Assembly: GCA_963733905.1 (NCBI GenBank)
Contig: CAVTEU010000007.1
Span: forward strand, 533,840-597,839
Length of the DNA: 64,000 bases
DNA from: an uncultured Actinomycetes bacterium
GTDB lineage: Bacteria; Actinomycetota; Acidimicrobiia; Spongiisociales; DATADW01
Reading direction: 5' to 3'
The first letter of the stretch is position 1; every line of letters starts with the position of its first letter. A program made the position numbers and the translations under genes. The notes below the pieces were generated by a model, which was given only the letters and a program-made list of their open reading frames with translations, did no database searches and was not told the origin of the DNA. This document shows, one piece after another, positions 18,292-27,130 of the stretch.

Positions 18292-21200
18292 TAGACAATC
18301 GCTCCGGAGCCGAATAGTTCGCGCAGTTCGGCGTAGAGGGCGCTGCGGGGCTCGACGCGGTGCTCGTCACCCAGCTTGAGGACCTTGTGGTTGCCGTTTC
18401 CCACCATGTGGAGGAACACCGGAGAGGCTCCGGGGTGGTTGCCCAGGATCTCTTTGAGCCGTCCAACCGCCCGTGGTGAGAGGGCCGCTGCTGGGATCTC
18501 CAGACGGACCTCGTCGGCGCCCCGAACCTCGAGTTCCTTGATCTCCCGGGCCACGACCTTGATGTCATCGCCGCGGTGGTCGAGACGACCGCTGACCACG
18601 ACGATCGCACCCTCGCGGATGACCCCGAGTGCCTCGGCGGCGACCTTGGGGAAGGCAACCACCTCGACCGAACCCTCCAGGTCCTCACATTGGAAGAACA
18701 GCATCGCTTCGCCGTTCCGGGTGAACCGCCGGTTTATGGCGCCGACCATCCCCCCGATGGTGACAGGGGCCCCGTCAGGCTGCTCCCACAACTCGGGCAC
18801 GCCCGAACTGGATACACGACGGAGCGAGGTCGTCACGCCGAGGAGGGGATGGTCGGAGACGTACAGACCGAGCATCTCCCTTTCGAAGGCCAGCTTCACC
18901 TTCTGGTCCCACTCGCCCTCGGGCAGCGCCAGCACCACCTCCCCCACCTCCGGGGCGTCACCGCCGAAAAGGGTGTACTGGCCCATCTCCTCGTTGCGGC
19001 GGCGCACCAACGTCGCTTCGAGCCACTGCTCGTATACGAGGATCAGCGACCGTCTCGAATGACCCATCCCGTCGAAGGCGCCCGCCTTGATCAGCGATTC
19101 GATGGTGCGCTTGTTGAGGACCATGGGGTCCACCCGGTCGATGAAGTCCTGGAAGTGGGCGAACGGCTCGCCGGAGGTGCGTTCTTCGATGATCCGCTCG
19201 ACCACCCCTTCGCCCACGTTGCGGACCGCAGACAGCCCGAACCGGATATCCCCCTCGTACACCGAGAAGTCCATCTGCGACGTGTTGACGTCGGGGGTGA
19301 GGACCTGCACACCCATGGCGCGGCACTCGTTGAGGTACACGGCCGTCCGGTCCTTGTCCCTCTTGGTGGCGGTGAGCATCGCCGCCATGTACTCGGCGGG
19401 GTAGTGCGCCTTGAGCCACGCCGTCTGGTATGCGATGAGCCCGTAACAGGCGGCATGGGCCAGGTTGAACCCGTAACCGGCGAAGTGCTCGATCAGCGCA
19501 AACAGCTGTCTCCCCAGCGCCTCGCTGTGACCCCTCGCCGTACAGCCGGCGACGAACTTCTCCTCCTCGGCGCGCATCACCGCAGGGATCTTCTTGCCCA
19601 TGGCGCGGCGCAGGTTCTCCGCCTCTGCCATCGAGTAGCCCGCCATGACCTCGGCCACCTGGAGGACCTGCTCCTGGTACACCATGATCCCGTAGCTGCG
19701 CTCCAGGATCGGCGCCATGTCGGGGTGGAGGACCTCGACGGCCGCCCGGCCGTTCTTGCGGTCGGCGTAGAGGGTGTGCATCCCGGCTCTCATCGGGCCT
19801 GGTCGGTATAGCGCCACCAGGGCGATGACGTCCTCGAACCGGTCGGGTGCCAGGTTTCGGATCAACCCGCGCATCGCCGAGCCTTCCAGTTGGAAGACGC
19901 CGATCGTCTGAGCGGAGCGGAGCAGCTCGAAGGTGGTCTCGTCGTCCAGCGGCACGTTGTCGATGTCGACCATCGGGGCGCCGGCTGGCGGGCTGCCTGA
20001 CTCGGCGGACCACTCCGACCCAGACTCGGCGGACCCAGACTCGGCGGACGAGGCCTCGATCAGCTCGAGTGTCCTTTCGATGATGGAGAGGTTCCTCAAC
20101 CCGAGGAAGTCCATCTTGAGCAGACCGAGATCCTCGATGGCGTGCATCTCGTATTGGGTCACCACCTCGGCACCATCCCCCTTCTGCTGGATGGGGATGT
20201 GCTGGGTCAGCGGGACCGGTGAGATGACGACGGCGGCGGCATGGATCGAGTCCTGGCGCCGCAGACCCTCGAGATTGCGCGCCACGTCGGCCACGCTCCG
20301 GATGTCCGGATCGGTGGCGTACGCCTCGCGCAGACCGGCGGCGTTGGCATGCCAGTCCTTGGTGTTCCCGTCGGCGTTCTCGGGAAGGGGATCGAGGCAC
20401 ATGCCCAATGCCGCGTCCCGCCCGAGGATCGGAGGGGGCATGAGCTTGGCGGCCCGGTCACCCACACCGTACGCGTAGCCGAGGACGCGAGCGGCGTCGC
20501 GCAGAGCCTGCTTCCCCTTGATGGTGGAGAAGGTCACGATCTGGGCGACGTGGTCCGATCCGTACTTCTCGGCGGCATAGCGGATGACATCGGCTCTGTA
20601 ACGCTCGTCGAAGTCCATGTCGATGTCGGGAAGCTGGCGTCGCCCCGGGTTGAGGAAGCGCTCGAAGACGAGCCCGTAGCGCAGTGGGTCGAGGTCGGTG
20701 ATCCTCAGGCAGTAGGCCACGATCGAGGCGGCGGAACTCCCCCGGCCGGGCCCGATCCTGATCTTGCGCTCCCGGGCGTGGCTGATCAGGTCCCAGACGA
20801 TCAGGAAGTAGGCGGGGAAACCCATGCTCTCGATCATGGAGAGCTCGTGTTCGATCCTCGTGGTGACCTCATCTGGCAGCGGTTCGCCGTAACGCTGCAC
20901 CGCACCGCTCATCACCAGCTGGCGGAGGTAGGTCGCCTCGGTGTGACCGGGAGGAACGGAGAACTGGGGCAGCAGGATCCTTCCGAACTCGAGGTCAACC
21001 GTCGCCCGCTCCGCCACCAGCAGCGTGTTGTCGCAAGCACCGGGGTACTGATCGGCGGGGAAGAGCCGCCTCATCTCCGCAGCCGACTTGAGATAGAACT
21101 CCTTGGCGTCGAAGCGGAACCGGTTGGGCTCGTCGCGGGTGGCACCGGTCTGGATGCAGAGCAGGACGTCGTGCGTCTCTGCCTCGTCCCGCCGCGTGTA

Positions 21201-21872
21201 ATGGGCGTCGTTGGCGGCGAGTAGCGGTGCCCCGATACGCCGGGAGATGTCCACGAGGTCGGGGAGGATGCGGCGCTGGGGTTCCAACCCGTGGTCCTGG
21301 ATCTCGATGAAGAAGTTGTCTTTTCCAAAGATGTCCTGGTAGTGGGCGGCCGCCGCCACCGCGGCATCGACATCACGCACCGCCTCGGCTATGCCTTCCT
21401 CCCGCGACGCATCGGGGGCGAGGTGCTGCGCCACCGGGCCTCCCAGGCAGCCTGAGGTGGCGATGATCCCCTCCGAGTGCTCGGCGAGCAGCTCGGAATC
21501 CATCCGGGGCTTGTAGTAGTACCCCTCGAGGTAGGCGCGGCTGGCCAGCTTCATCAGGTTGCGATAGCCAACCTCGCTCGCCGCCAGCAGCGTCATGTGG
21601 TACCGGATGTTCTGGCTGCGTACCGGTCGATCGAACCGGGAGCCCGGGGTGACGTAGGCCTCGATCCCGATCAATGGCTTTATGCCCTCTTCCCGGGCAG
21701 CCTTGACGAAGTCGACGACTCCGTACATCACGCCGTGATCGGTGATGGCGACCGCAGGCTGGCGGTCGGCGGCAGCGGCGGCGACCACCTCACCGACCCG
21801 GGCCGCCCCGTCGAGCATGGAGAACTCGGTGTGGAGATGTAAATGGACGAAGGAGTCGCTCGCCGCCACCAC
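18291..21872 (-). CDS. dnaE: DNA polymerase III alpha subunit
   Basis: 1193-aa uninterrupted ORF. N-terminal PHP domain (FVHLHLHTEFSMLDGA), polymerase core and a C-terminal OB region. Confidence 0.97.
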   Translation of the reverse strand: MVAASDSFVHLHLHTEFSMLDGAARVGEVVAAAAADRQPAVAITDHGVMYGVVDFVKAAREEGIKPLIGIEAYVTPGSRFDRPVRSQNIRYHMTLLAASEVGYRNLMKLASRAYLEGYYYKPRMDSELLAEHSEGIIATSGCLGGPVAQHLAPDASREEGIAEAVRDVDAAVAAAAHYQDIFGKDNFFIEIQDHGLEPQRRILPDLVDISRRIGAPLLAANDAHYTRRDEAETHDVLLCIQTGATRDEPNRFRFDAKEFYLKSAAEMRRLFPADQYPGACDNTLLVAERATVDLEFGRILLPQFSVPPGHTEATYLRQLVMSGAVQRYGEPLPDEVTTRIEHELSMIESMGFPAYFLIVWDLISHARERKIRIGPGRGSSAASIVAYCLRITDLDPLRYGLVFERFLNPGRRQLPDIDMDFDERYRADVIRYAAEKYGSDHVAQIVTFSTIKGKQALRDAARVLGYAYGVGDRAAKLMPPPILGRDAALGMCLDPLPENADGNTKDWHANAAGLREAYATDPDIRSVADVARNLEGLRRQDSIHAAAVVISPVPLTQHIPIQQKGDGAEVVTQYEMHAIEDLGLLKMDFLGLRNLSIIERTLELIEASSAESGSAESGSEWSAESGSPPAGAPMVDIDNVPLDDETTFELLRSAQTIGVFQLEGSAMRGLIRNLAPDRFEDVIALVALYRPGPMRAGMHTLYADRKNGRAAVEVLHPDMAPILERSYGIMVYQEQVLQVAEVMAGYSMAEAENLRRAMGKKIPAVMRAEEEKFVAGCTARGHSEALGRQLFALIEHFAGYGFNLAHAACYGLIAYQTAWLKAHYPAEYMAAMLTATKRDKDRTAVYLNECRAMGVQVLTPDVNTSQMDFSVYEGDIRFGLSAVRNVGEGVVERIIEERTSGEPFAHFQDFIDRVDPMVLNKRTIESLIKAGAFDGMGHSRRSLILVYEQWLEATLVRRRNEEMGQYTLFGGDAPEVGEVVLALPEGEWDQKVKLAFEREMLGLYVSDHPLLGVTTSLRRVSSSGVPELWEQPDGAPVTIGGMVGAINRRFTRNGEAMLFFQCEDLEGSVEVVAFPKVAAEALGVIREGAIVVVSGRLDHRGDDIKVVAREIKELEVRGADEVRLEIPAAALSPRAVGRLKEILGNHPGASPVFLHMVGNGNHKVLKLGDEHRVEPRSALYAELRELFGSGAIV
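19997..20050 (-). repeat. in-frame 15-nt tandem repeat inside dnaE
   Basis: cagactcggcggacc at 20021-20035 and 20036-20050, plus a partial copy at 19997-20011. Encodes SAESGSAESGSEWSAESGS. Confidence 0.85.
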
Positions 21873-21913
21873 CGATCAGCCCCGCTCTGAACTACACGCT
21901 TGGGATTCGCACC

Positions 21914-22812
21914 TTAGCCTGGAAAGCTGTACCGGGGGCGAGAGCGCGAAACCGGTCGCATCAGACCGAGGAGGGTGACCATCAGCACGGTGATGACCCC
22001 CACTGCGGCGGCAACCCCGAACCGCCTTGCTGGGTCCCTGGCCACCCTCGGCAATGACCAGAGGGAGCCGATCAGGACCCCCGCCACCAGCCCGCCGAGG
22101 TGCCCCTGCCAGGAGATTCCTGGAAGGTGAAGCCGAGTACCGCGTTGATCCCGAGTAGCACCAGCAAGTTGGGTGAGCTGGGCGCGCCCCGACCGGCGTG
22201 GCGCGGGCCCGGAAGGCGTTCCACAGCCAAACGCCGAAAAGCCCGAAGATCGCGCCCGATGCTCCGACCAGTACGTCAAAGGGCTACCAAGGAAGAAGGC
22301 GGCGGCGCCGCCCGCAGCCGCCGAACTGAGGTAGAGCGCGGCGAAGGCGGGGCTGCCCACCTGTCGCTCCAGTTGCGGGCCAAAGACATATAGGGCCCAC
22401 ATGTTGAACAGGACGTGATAGAAGCTCCGTGCGTGGAGGAACGCGGCGGTGAACAGCCTCCACCACTCCCCCTGTGCAACCAGCTCGTTGCTCTGAGCGA
22501 ACGTGCACGAACAGGTTCTCGTAAAGTCGTCGGAAGCAGCAGAGTCGCCAGGAAGAACAACACCGAGATCCCGATGAAGGTGAAGGTGGCGGGGGCGGTC
22601 CTGGTCGTGGGTCTCGCCCAACTCCGTCTGGCCTCGACCACCCGGTAGCGACCCTCGGGCTGGGCGCACTCGGGGCACTTCTGGCCAACCGCGGAGTCGA
22701 CGCTGCACTCCACGCAGATCGGCTTGCCGCAACTGGCGCAGGAGAGCCGGGTAAGCCGGTTGGGATGTCGGTAGCAGACGGGTGTCGCCCGCGAGACGGG
22801 CTCAGTGGTCAC
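21914..22812 (-). pseudogene. rhomboid family intramembrane serine protease with N-terminal zinc ribbon, at least 4 frame breaks
   Basis: Pieces in three frames: CYRHPNRLTRLSCASCGKPICVEC...TFTFIGISVLFFLA; GEWWRLFTAAFLHARSFYHVLFNMWALYVFG; VGASGAIFGLFG (catalytic GxSG); NLLVLLGINAVLGFTFQ; ISWQGHLGGLVAG (catalytic His). Breaks near 22560-22600, 22275, 22185 and 22115. Confidence 0.7.
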
Positions 22813-22841
22813 GGTCCGGAAGACGGTAATGGGTGCCGGGT

Positions 22842-22893
22842 GGTAGGCGGTAGGCGGCAGGTGGCAGACGGCAGACGGCAGACGGCAGTCGAC
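22842..22893 (+). repeat. longest heptanucleotide array (7 units, graded sequence drift)
   Basis: ggtaggc ggtaggc ggcaggt ggcagac ggcagac ggcagac ggcagtc gac. Lies in the divergent gap between the rhomboid gene and pfk. Confidence 0.92.
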
Positions 22894-23027
22894 AATCCAT
22901 CAGCAGCCTGCCGACCTCGCGGCGAATTGCAGATAGCCCAAACCCTACAACTCACGACCTAAACCCATAACTCAGCACCGAAGGCTGCTCGATCTAGCCT
23001 CCGATCCCCCTTATCACGGAGCGACAC

Positions 23028-24212
23028 ATGCGAATCGGGATCCTCACCGGCGGGGGCGACGTCCCCGGGCTCAACGCCTGCATCAAGGCAGTGGTGGGAA
23101 GGGCAACCGAAGCCGGGCACGAGGTCGTCGGGATACGCCGGGGCTGGGGCGGTCTCGTCGAAGCCAACGTCGACGTCGCCGACGGGATGGATGCCAGCTT
23201 CGTACCGCTCACACCGAGCTCGGTGCGGACCATCGACCGCTTTGGCGGGACCACCCTCCATACCTCGCGCACCAACCCGGCAAAGGTCGCCCTAGAGGAC
23301 ATCCCCGAGCGGCTCCGCTCCCGGTTTGGCCCAGCCGACAACGGGACTCCCAACAAAGGGACCGCTGACAACAGGACCGCCGACCTGACACCATTCGTCC
23401 TCGAGGTACTCGAACAACAGGAGATCGACGTCCTTGTCCCCATCGGCGGGGACGACACCCTCTCCTACGCCTTGAGGATGCACGACGAGGGGATGCGGGT
23501 GGTGGCCATCCCGAAGACCATGGACAACGACGTCCATGGGACCGACTACTGCATCGGCTTCTCTACCGCCGTCACCCGGAGCGTCGAGTTCGTCCATGCG
23601 CTGCGCACCTCCACCGGGTCGCACGAGCGGATCGCCGTGGTCGAGCTTTTCGGGCGGTACAGCGGCGAGACCTCGCTGATCACGGCGTACCTAGCCGGGG
23701 TGGATCGGTGCGTCATCTCCGAGGTCCCGGTGGATGTCGACCGGCTGGCGGAGTTGCTGGTGGACGACCGGCGACGAAACGCCTCCCGCTATGCAATGGT
23801 CACCGTGTCCGAGGGTTCACGCCTCGTCGGCGGCGACATGGTCCAGGGCGGTGCGGCGGACGCTTACGGCCACCAGAAGCTTGGAGGGGTGGGGTTGGTG
23901 CTCTCTGGTCTCCTCGAGGAGCGCACCGGCGAGGGGATCATCTATCAGCAGGTGGCCTACCTGATGCGCTCGGGGTCTCCCGACTCGCTGGACCTAATGG
24001 TGGCCACCAACTACGCGGTGATGGCGGCGGACCTGGCCGGCGAGGGGTCGTCCGGGCGAATGGTGGCGCTGCGCAGCGGCACGTACACCAATGTGCCCAT
24101 CTCGGTGACGAGGGAGGGTGTCAAGCGGGTGGATGTCGACGAGTTGTACGACGTCGCCTCCTACCGCCCCAAGGTGCGCCACGTGGGGGGCAAGCCGATG
24201 TTCCTCTACTGA
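23028..24212 (+). CDS. 6-phosphofructokinase with a PPi-type signature
   Basis: 394-aa ORF with [25 protein letters not shown] (Asp at the E. coli Gly104 position) and IPKTMDNDV (Lys at the Gly124 position). Carries a low-complexity insert, [20 protein letters not shown]. Confidence 0.88.
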   Translation: MRIGILTGGGDVPGLNACIKAVVGRATEAGHEVVGIRRGWGGLVEANVDVADGMDASFVPLTPSSVRTIDRFGGTTLHTSRTNPAKVALEDIPERLRSRFGPADNGTPNKGTADNRTADLTPFVLEVLEQQEIDVLVPIGGDDTLSYALRMHDEGMRVVAIPKTMDNDVHGTDYCIGFSTAVTRSVEFVHALRTSTGSHERIAVVELFGRYSGETSLITAYLAGVDRCVISEVPVDVDRLAELLVDDRRRNASRYAMVTVSEGSRLVGGDMVQGGAADAYGHQKLGGVGLVLSGLLEERTGEGIIYQQVAYLMRSGSPDSLDLMVATNYAVMAADLAGEGSSGRMVALRSGTYTNVPISVTREGVKRVDVDELYDVASYRPKVRHVGGKPMFLY

Positions 24213-25241
24213 TGGGGTCGATCGGCGTCCTCACCGCAGGCGGTGACTGCCCCGGTCTCAACGCCGTGATCAGGGCGGTGACCGTGCGTCTCATCGAAGA
24301 CCACGACCGTACGGTGGTCGGCATCCTCAACGGGTGGGACGGTTTGATGAACGGCCGGGTCCGGTCGCTCGACCGTAACTCCGTGCGCGGGATTCTCCAG
24401 CGTGGCGGGACCATCCTCGGCACCTCGAGGCTCGACCCGTACGTCCACGGAGAGGGACTGAAGAGCGTTGCCGACTGCATCCGCAGGCACGAGATCGATT
24501 CCCTCGTCGTGGTGGGTGGTGACGGCACGCTGCGGTCGGCGCAGCGGCTCGCCGAGGAGGGCCTCCCTGTGGTCGCCGTGCCCAAGACGATCGACAACGA
24601 CATTGCAGGAACCGACATCACGTTCGGGTTCGACACCGCCGTCCAGACGGCGACCGAGGCGATCGACCGTATCGCCACCACCGCCGAGGCGCACAACCGC
24701 GTCATGCTGGTCGAGGTGATGGGCCGCACCCAGGGGTGGATTGCCACCTACGCCGGGATGGCCGGGGGTGCGGACGCGGTGCTCATCCCCGAGATCCCAT
24801 ACGACCTGAACGCGGTCTCCGACGTGATCCTCACCCGGAGGGACCGCGGGAAGCACTACTCGATAGTCGTCGTCGCCGAGGGGATTCCGCCACCGGAGGG
24901 GACCGGGGCCGCCTCGCTCCCTGTAGACGCTTTCGGTTTCGACCGTCTCGGCGGGGTTGCCTACCTCATCGCCCCCATCTTGGAGGAGAAGACCGGGTTC
25001 GAGGCAAGGGTCACCGTTCTCGGCCACCTCCAGCGCGGTGGCACGCCAACCGCCTTCGATCGGGTCCTCGGGACGCGGTTCGGCGCCGCTGCTGCCGACC
25101 TTGCGGTCCAAGGCGCCTCAGGGATGATGGTTGCGCTGCGTGGCAACAAGATCGAGCCCATCCCTCTCAGCGAAGCCACCTCCGCCATTCGGGGCATCGA
25201 TCCCGCCATCTACAACGTCGCCGACGACCTTCTTCGGCTGA
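24212..25241 (+). CDS. pfkA: 6-phosphofructokinase with an ATP-type Gly signature, frameshift at the 3' end
   Basis: The ATG at 24212 overlaps the upstream TGA. Motifs GVLTAGGDCPGLNA, VGGDGTLRSA, VPKTIDNDI. Removing one C at 25228-25229 gives the typical ending ...NVADDFFG with a stop at 25239-25241. The first 168 aa of tracked ORF 23708..25393 overlap the upstream pfk out of frame. Confidence 0.88.
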
Positions 25242-25287
25242 GTGCCGCTGCTTGCGCGGCGTCGCAGGTGGTAGGTGGTATGGTAAG

Positions 25288-26201
25288 TCAGACGTCGTCG
25301 GGGACCGAGCCGCGAGATGGCGGGCCGAGGTTCTCCAGTCGGTGCGCAGATCGGACGGGAGCGGTGCGGTCAATTCGAGGTGCTCGCCGGTGACGGGATG
25401 GGCAAGCGAGATCTTCCAGGCGTGGAGGAACATCCTTCCGTCGGCGAGCGGGACCCCGTAGGTGCGGTCGCCCACCACCGGAAGACCGATGGCAGCCAGG
25501 TGGACCCTGATCTGGTGCGTGCGTCCAGTCTCCAGGTCGACCTCCAGCAAGGCTTCATCAGCCCACGATGCCGATACCCGATAGTGGGTCCTGGCCGGTT
25601 TCCCCGCGGCACCGACCGCCCTGCGGGTTGGGTGGCGGGGGTCGCGTTCCAATGGGGCATCGACCGTTCCCGAGGTAGCGCTGGGCACTCCTCTAACCAA
25701 GGCGAGATAGGTCCGCCGGATTTCCCGTCGCCGCAAGGCAGCAGTCAGCGCCCGGTGGGCATCAGGGGTTCTAGCGACGATCAGCACACCAGAGGTGTCG
25801 GCGTCGAGGCGATGCACCAACCCAGACCGCCCCGGTTCGCCGACCGTGGCCAGTTCGGGATGTGCGGCGAGCAGCCCGGCGGCGAGTGTCCCCCGCCGCC
25901 GGCCCGCACCGGGGTGCACCACCACACCGGGCGGCTTGTCGACCACGAGGAGATGGGGGTCGACATGGATGACATCGAACGGAACCTCCTCGGGCTCCAG
26001 CGCGGGCGGCGGCGGGATGTCGTCGATCTCGATGGAGACCCCAGCCACCATGCGGTCCCCCGGTGACAACCGTCTCCCACCGATCCGCACGCCACCCTCC
26101 TCGACCAAGTGGCGGGCCACCGACCGGCTCACCCCGGCGAGAACAGCCACCACCTTGTCGGCCCTCTCTCCGTTGAGGTTGGTGGGGACCTCGATGGTCA
26201 C
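25288..26201 (-). CDS. rluD: 23S rRNA pseudouridine synthase, RluD family, probable 3' frameshift
   Basis: S4 domain plus catalytic HRLDADTSGVLIVA and GRTHQIRVHLA. After LPSDL the tracked frame runs 60 aa into the pfk gene. The alternative frame ends ...HRLENLGPPSRGSVPDDV at 25288-25290. Confidence 0.85.
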
Positions 26202-26731
26202 CGCTTTCGCAGCGATGCGATGAGGAGCACCGCCACGCCGAAAGTGATCGAAGCGTCGGCGATGTTGAAGGTCGGGAAGTTGCGGAGTTGCAGCCAGTCG
26301 ATGACCCTGCCGTCGAGGAAGCCGTCGCCGCGGACGATACGGTCGACCAGGTTGCCGACGGCGCCCCCCATGATGAGGCCGAACCCGACGGTTTCCGCCC
26401 AGCCCGTGTTTCTGGCCAGCATCACCGCTAGAACTCCGGTCGCCAGGATCGCCGCCGAGCCCAGGAACGGGCCGGCGTTCTGGAAGATGCTGAATGCAGC
26501 ACCGGGGTTCTGCTCCAGGTGGAGGCCAAACAACCCGGGGATGATGACGATGTCACCCGTCACCAAGGTTCGCTCCGCCCACACCTTCGACCATTGGTCG
26601 AGGATGACCACCGCCAGCGCTATAGCCACCCCAACGGGGAGGTTGCGCTTCAGGCCCGGGAAGCGTCCTTCACGCACAGGGTGGCGTAGGGAAGAGCCTC
26701 CAGCCTCGCCACCGGGATCGGTTGCCCGCAT
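26198..26731 (-). CDS. lspA: lipoprotein signal peptidase II
   Basis: NPGAAFS, GGAVGNLVDR and FPTFNIADASI motifs. Its stop overlaps the rluD GTG. The true start may be downstream of 26731. Confidence 0.9.
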   Translation of the reverse strand: MRATDPGGEAGGSSLRHPVREGRFPGLKRNLPVGVAIALAVVILDQWSKVWAERTLVTGDIVIIPGLFGLHLEQNPGAAFSIFQNAGPFLGSAAILATGVLAVMLARNTGWAETVGFGLIMGGAVGNLVDRIVRGDGFLDGRVIDWLQLRNFPTFNIADASITFGVAVLLIASLRKR

Positions 26732-27021
26732 ACCTCACAAGTTCCGTAGGTTTTATCGGCCAGCCTGCGCAGGGCGTGCTCAACCTTGCGAAGGAGGTCG
26801 CTGGCATTCTGATCGATCGAGAGTTCCTTCTCGAACTCGAAGGCCATCGAACCGGCCTCGGCGCTGGCGGGCTCGGGGCTCCGTTCTGCTGAGGTCTCCG
26901 ACAAGCGCGCTTCCTCGCGCTCCTGCTCGTGCTCCTCGAGCAGGGCGGTGATCCGGTCGCGCTCCTCCTCAAGGGCGGAACGGAGGCGCTTGATCGTGTT
27001 CGGTGCCAATTCGCGTGTCAT
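26650..27021 (-). CDS. DksA/TraR family C4-type zinc finger protein
   Basis: Starts at the ATG at 27021 (MTRELAPNTIKRLRSALEEE...). C-terminal CEVCGQPIPVARLEALPYATLC zinc finger. Confidence 0.8.
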   Translation of the reverse strand: MTRELAPNTIKRLRSALEEERDRITALLEEHEQEREEARLSETSAERSPEPASAEAGSMAFEFEKELSIDQNASDLLRKVEHALRRLADKTYGTCEVCGQPIPVARLEALPYATLCVKDASRA

Positions 27022-27130
27022 CGGTACACAGGTGGTGGGGGGCGGCAATTTAGCAGCGCCCGGAAGTTGTAATCGGGTCCTCCCGTGCAACTCGACCGGC
27101 CGGATCGCGGGCCGGCGGTACGATCCGGCG

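Noticed and set aside
23708-25393. 561-aa ORF suggesting a large PFK with an N-terminal extension
   Set aside because: The first 168 aa overlap the upstream pfk gene in another frame and are Arg/Gly-rich. The real start is the ATG at 24212, overlapping the upstream stop. The C-terminal 50 aa result from a frameshift past the natural ...FFG stop.
27022-27130. Possible T-box leader upstream of ileS, as known for actinobacterial ileS genes
   Set aside because: Only about 110 nt are available. I could not find the conserved T-box sequence with the UGGN bulge (only a weak GGCGGUAC resemblance) or a convincing specifier loop. A covariance-model scan would be needed; unsupported by eye.
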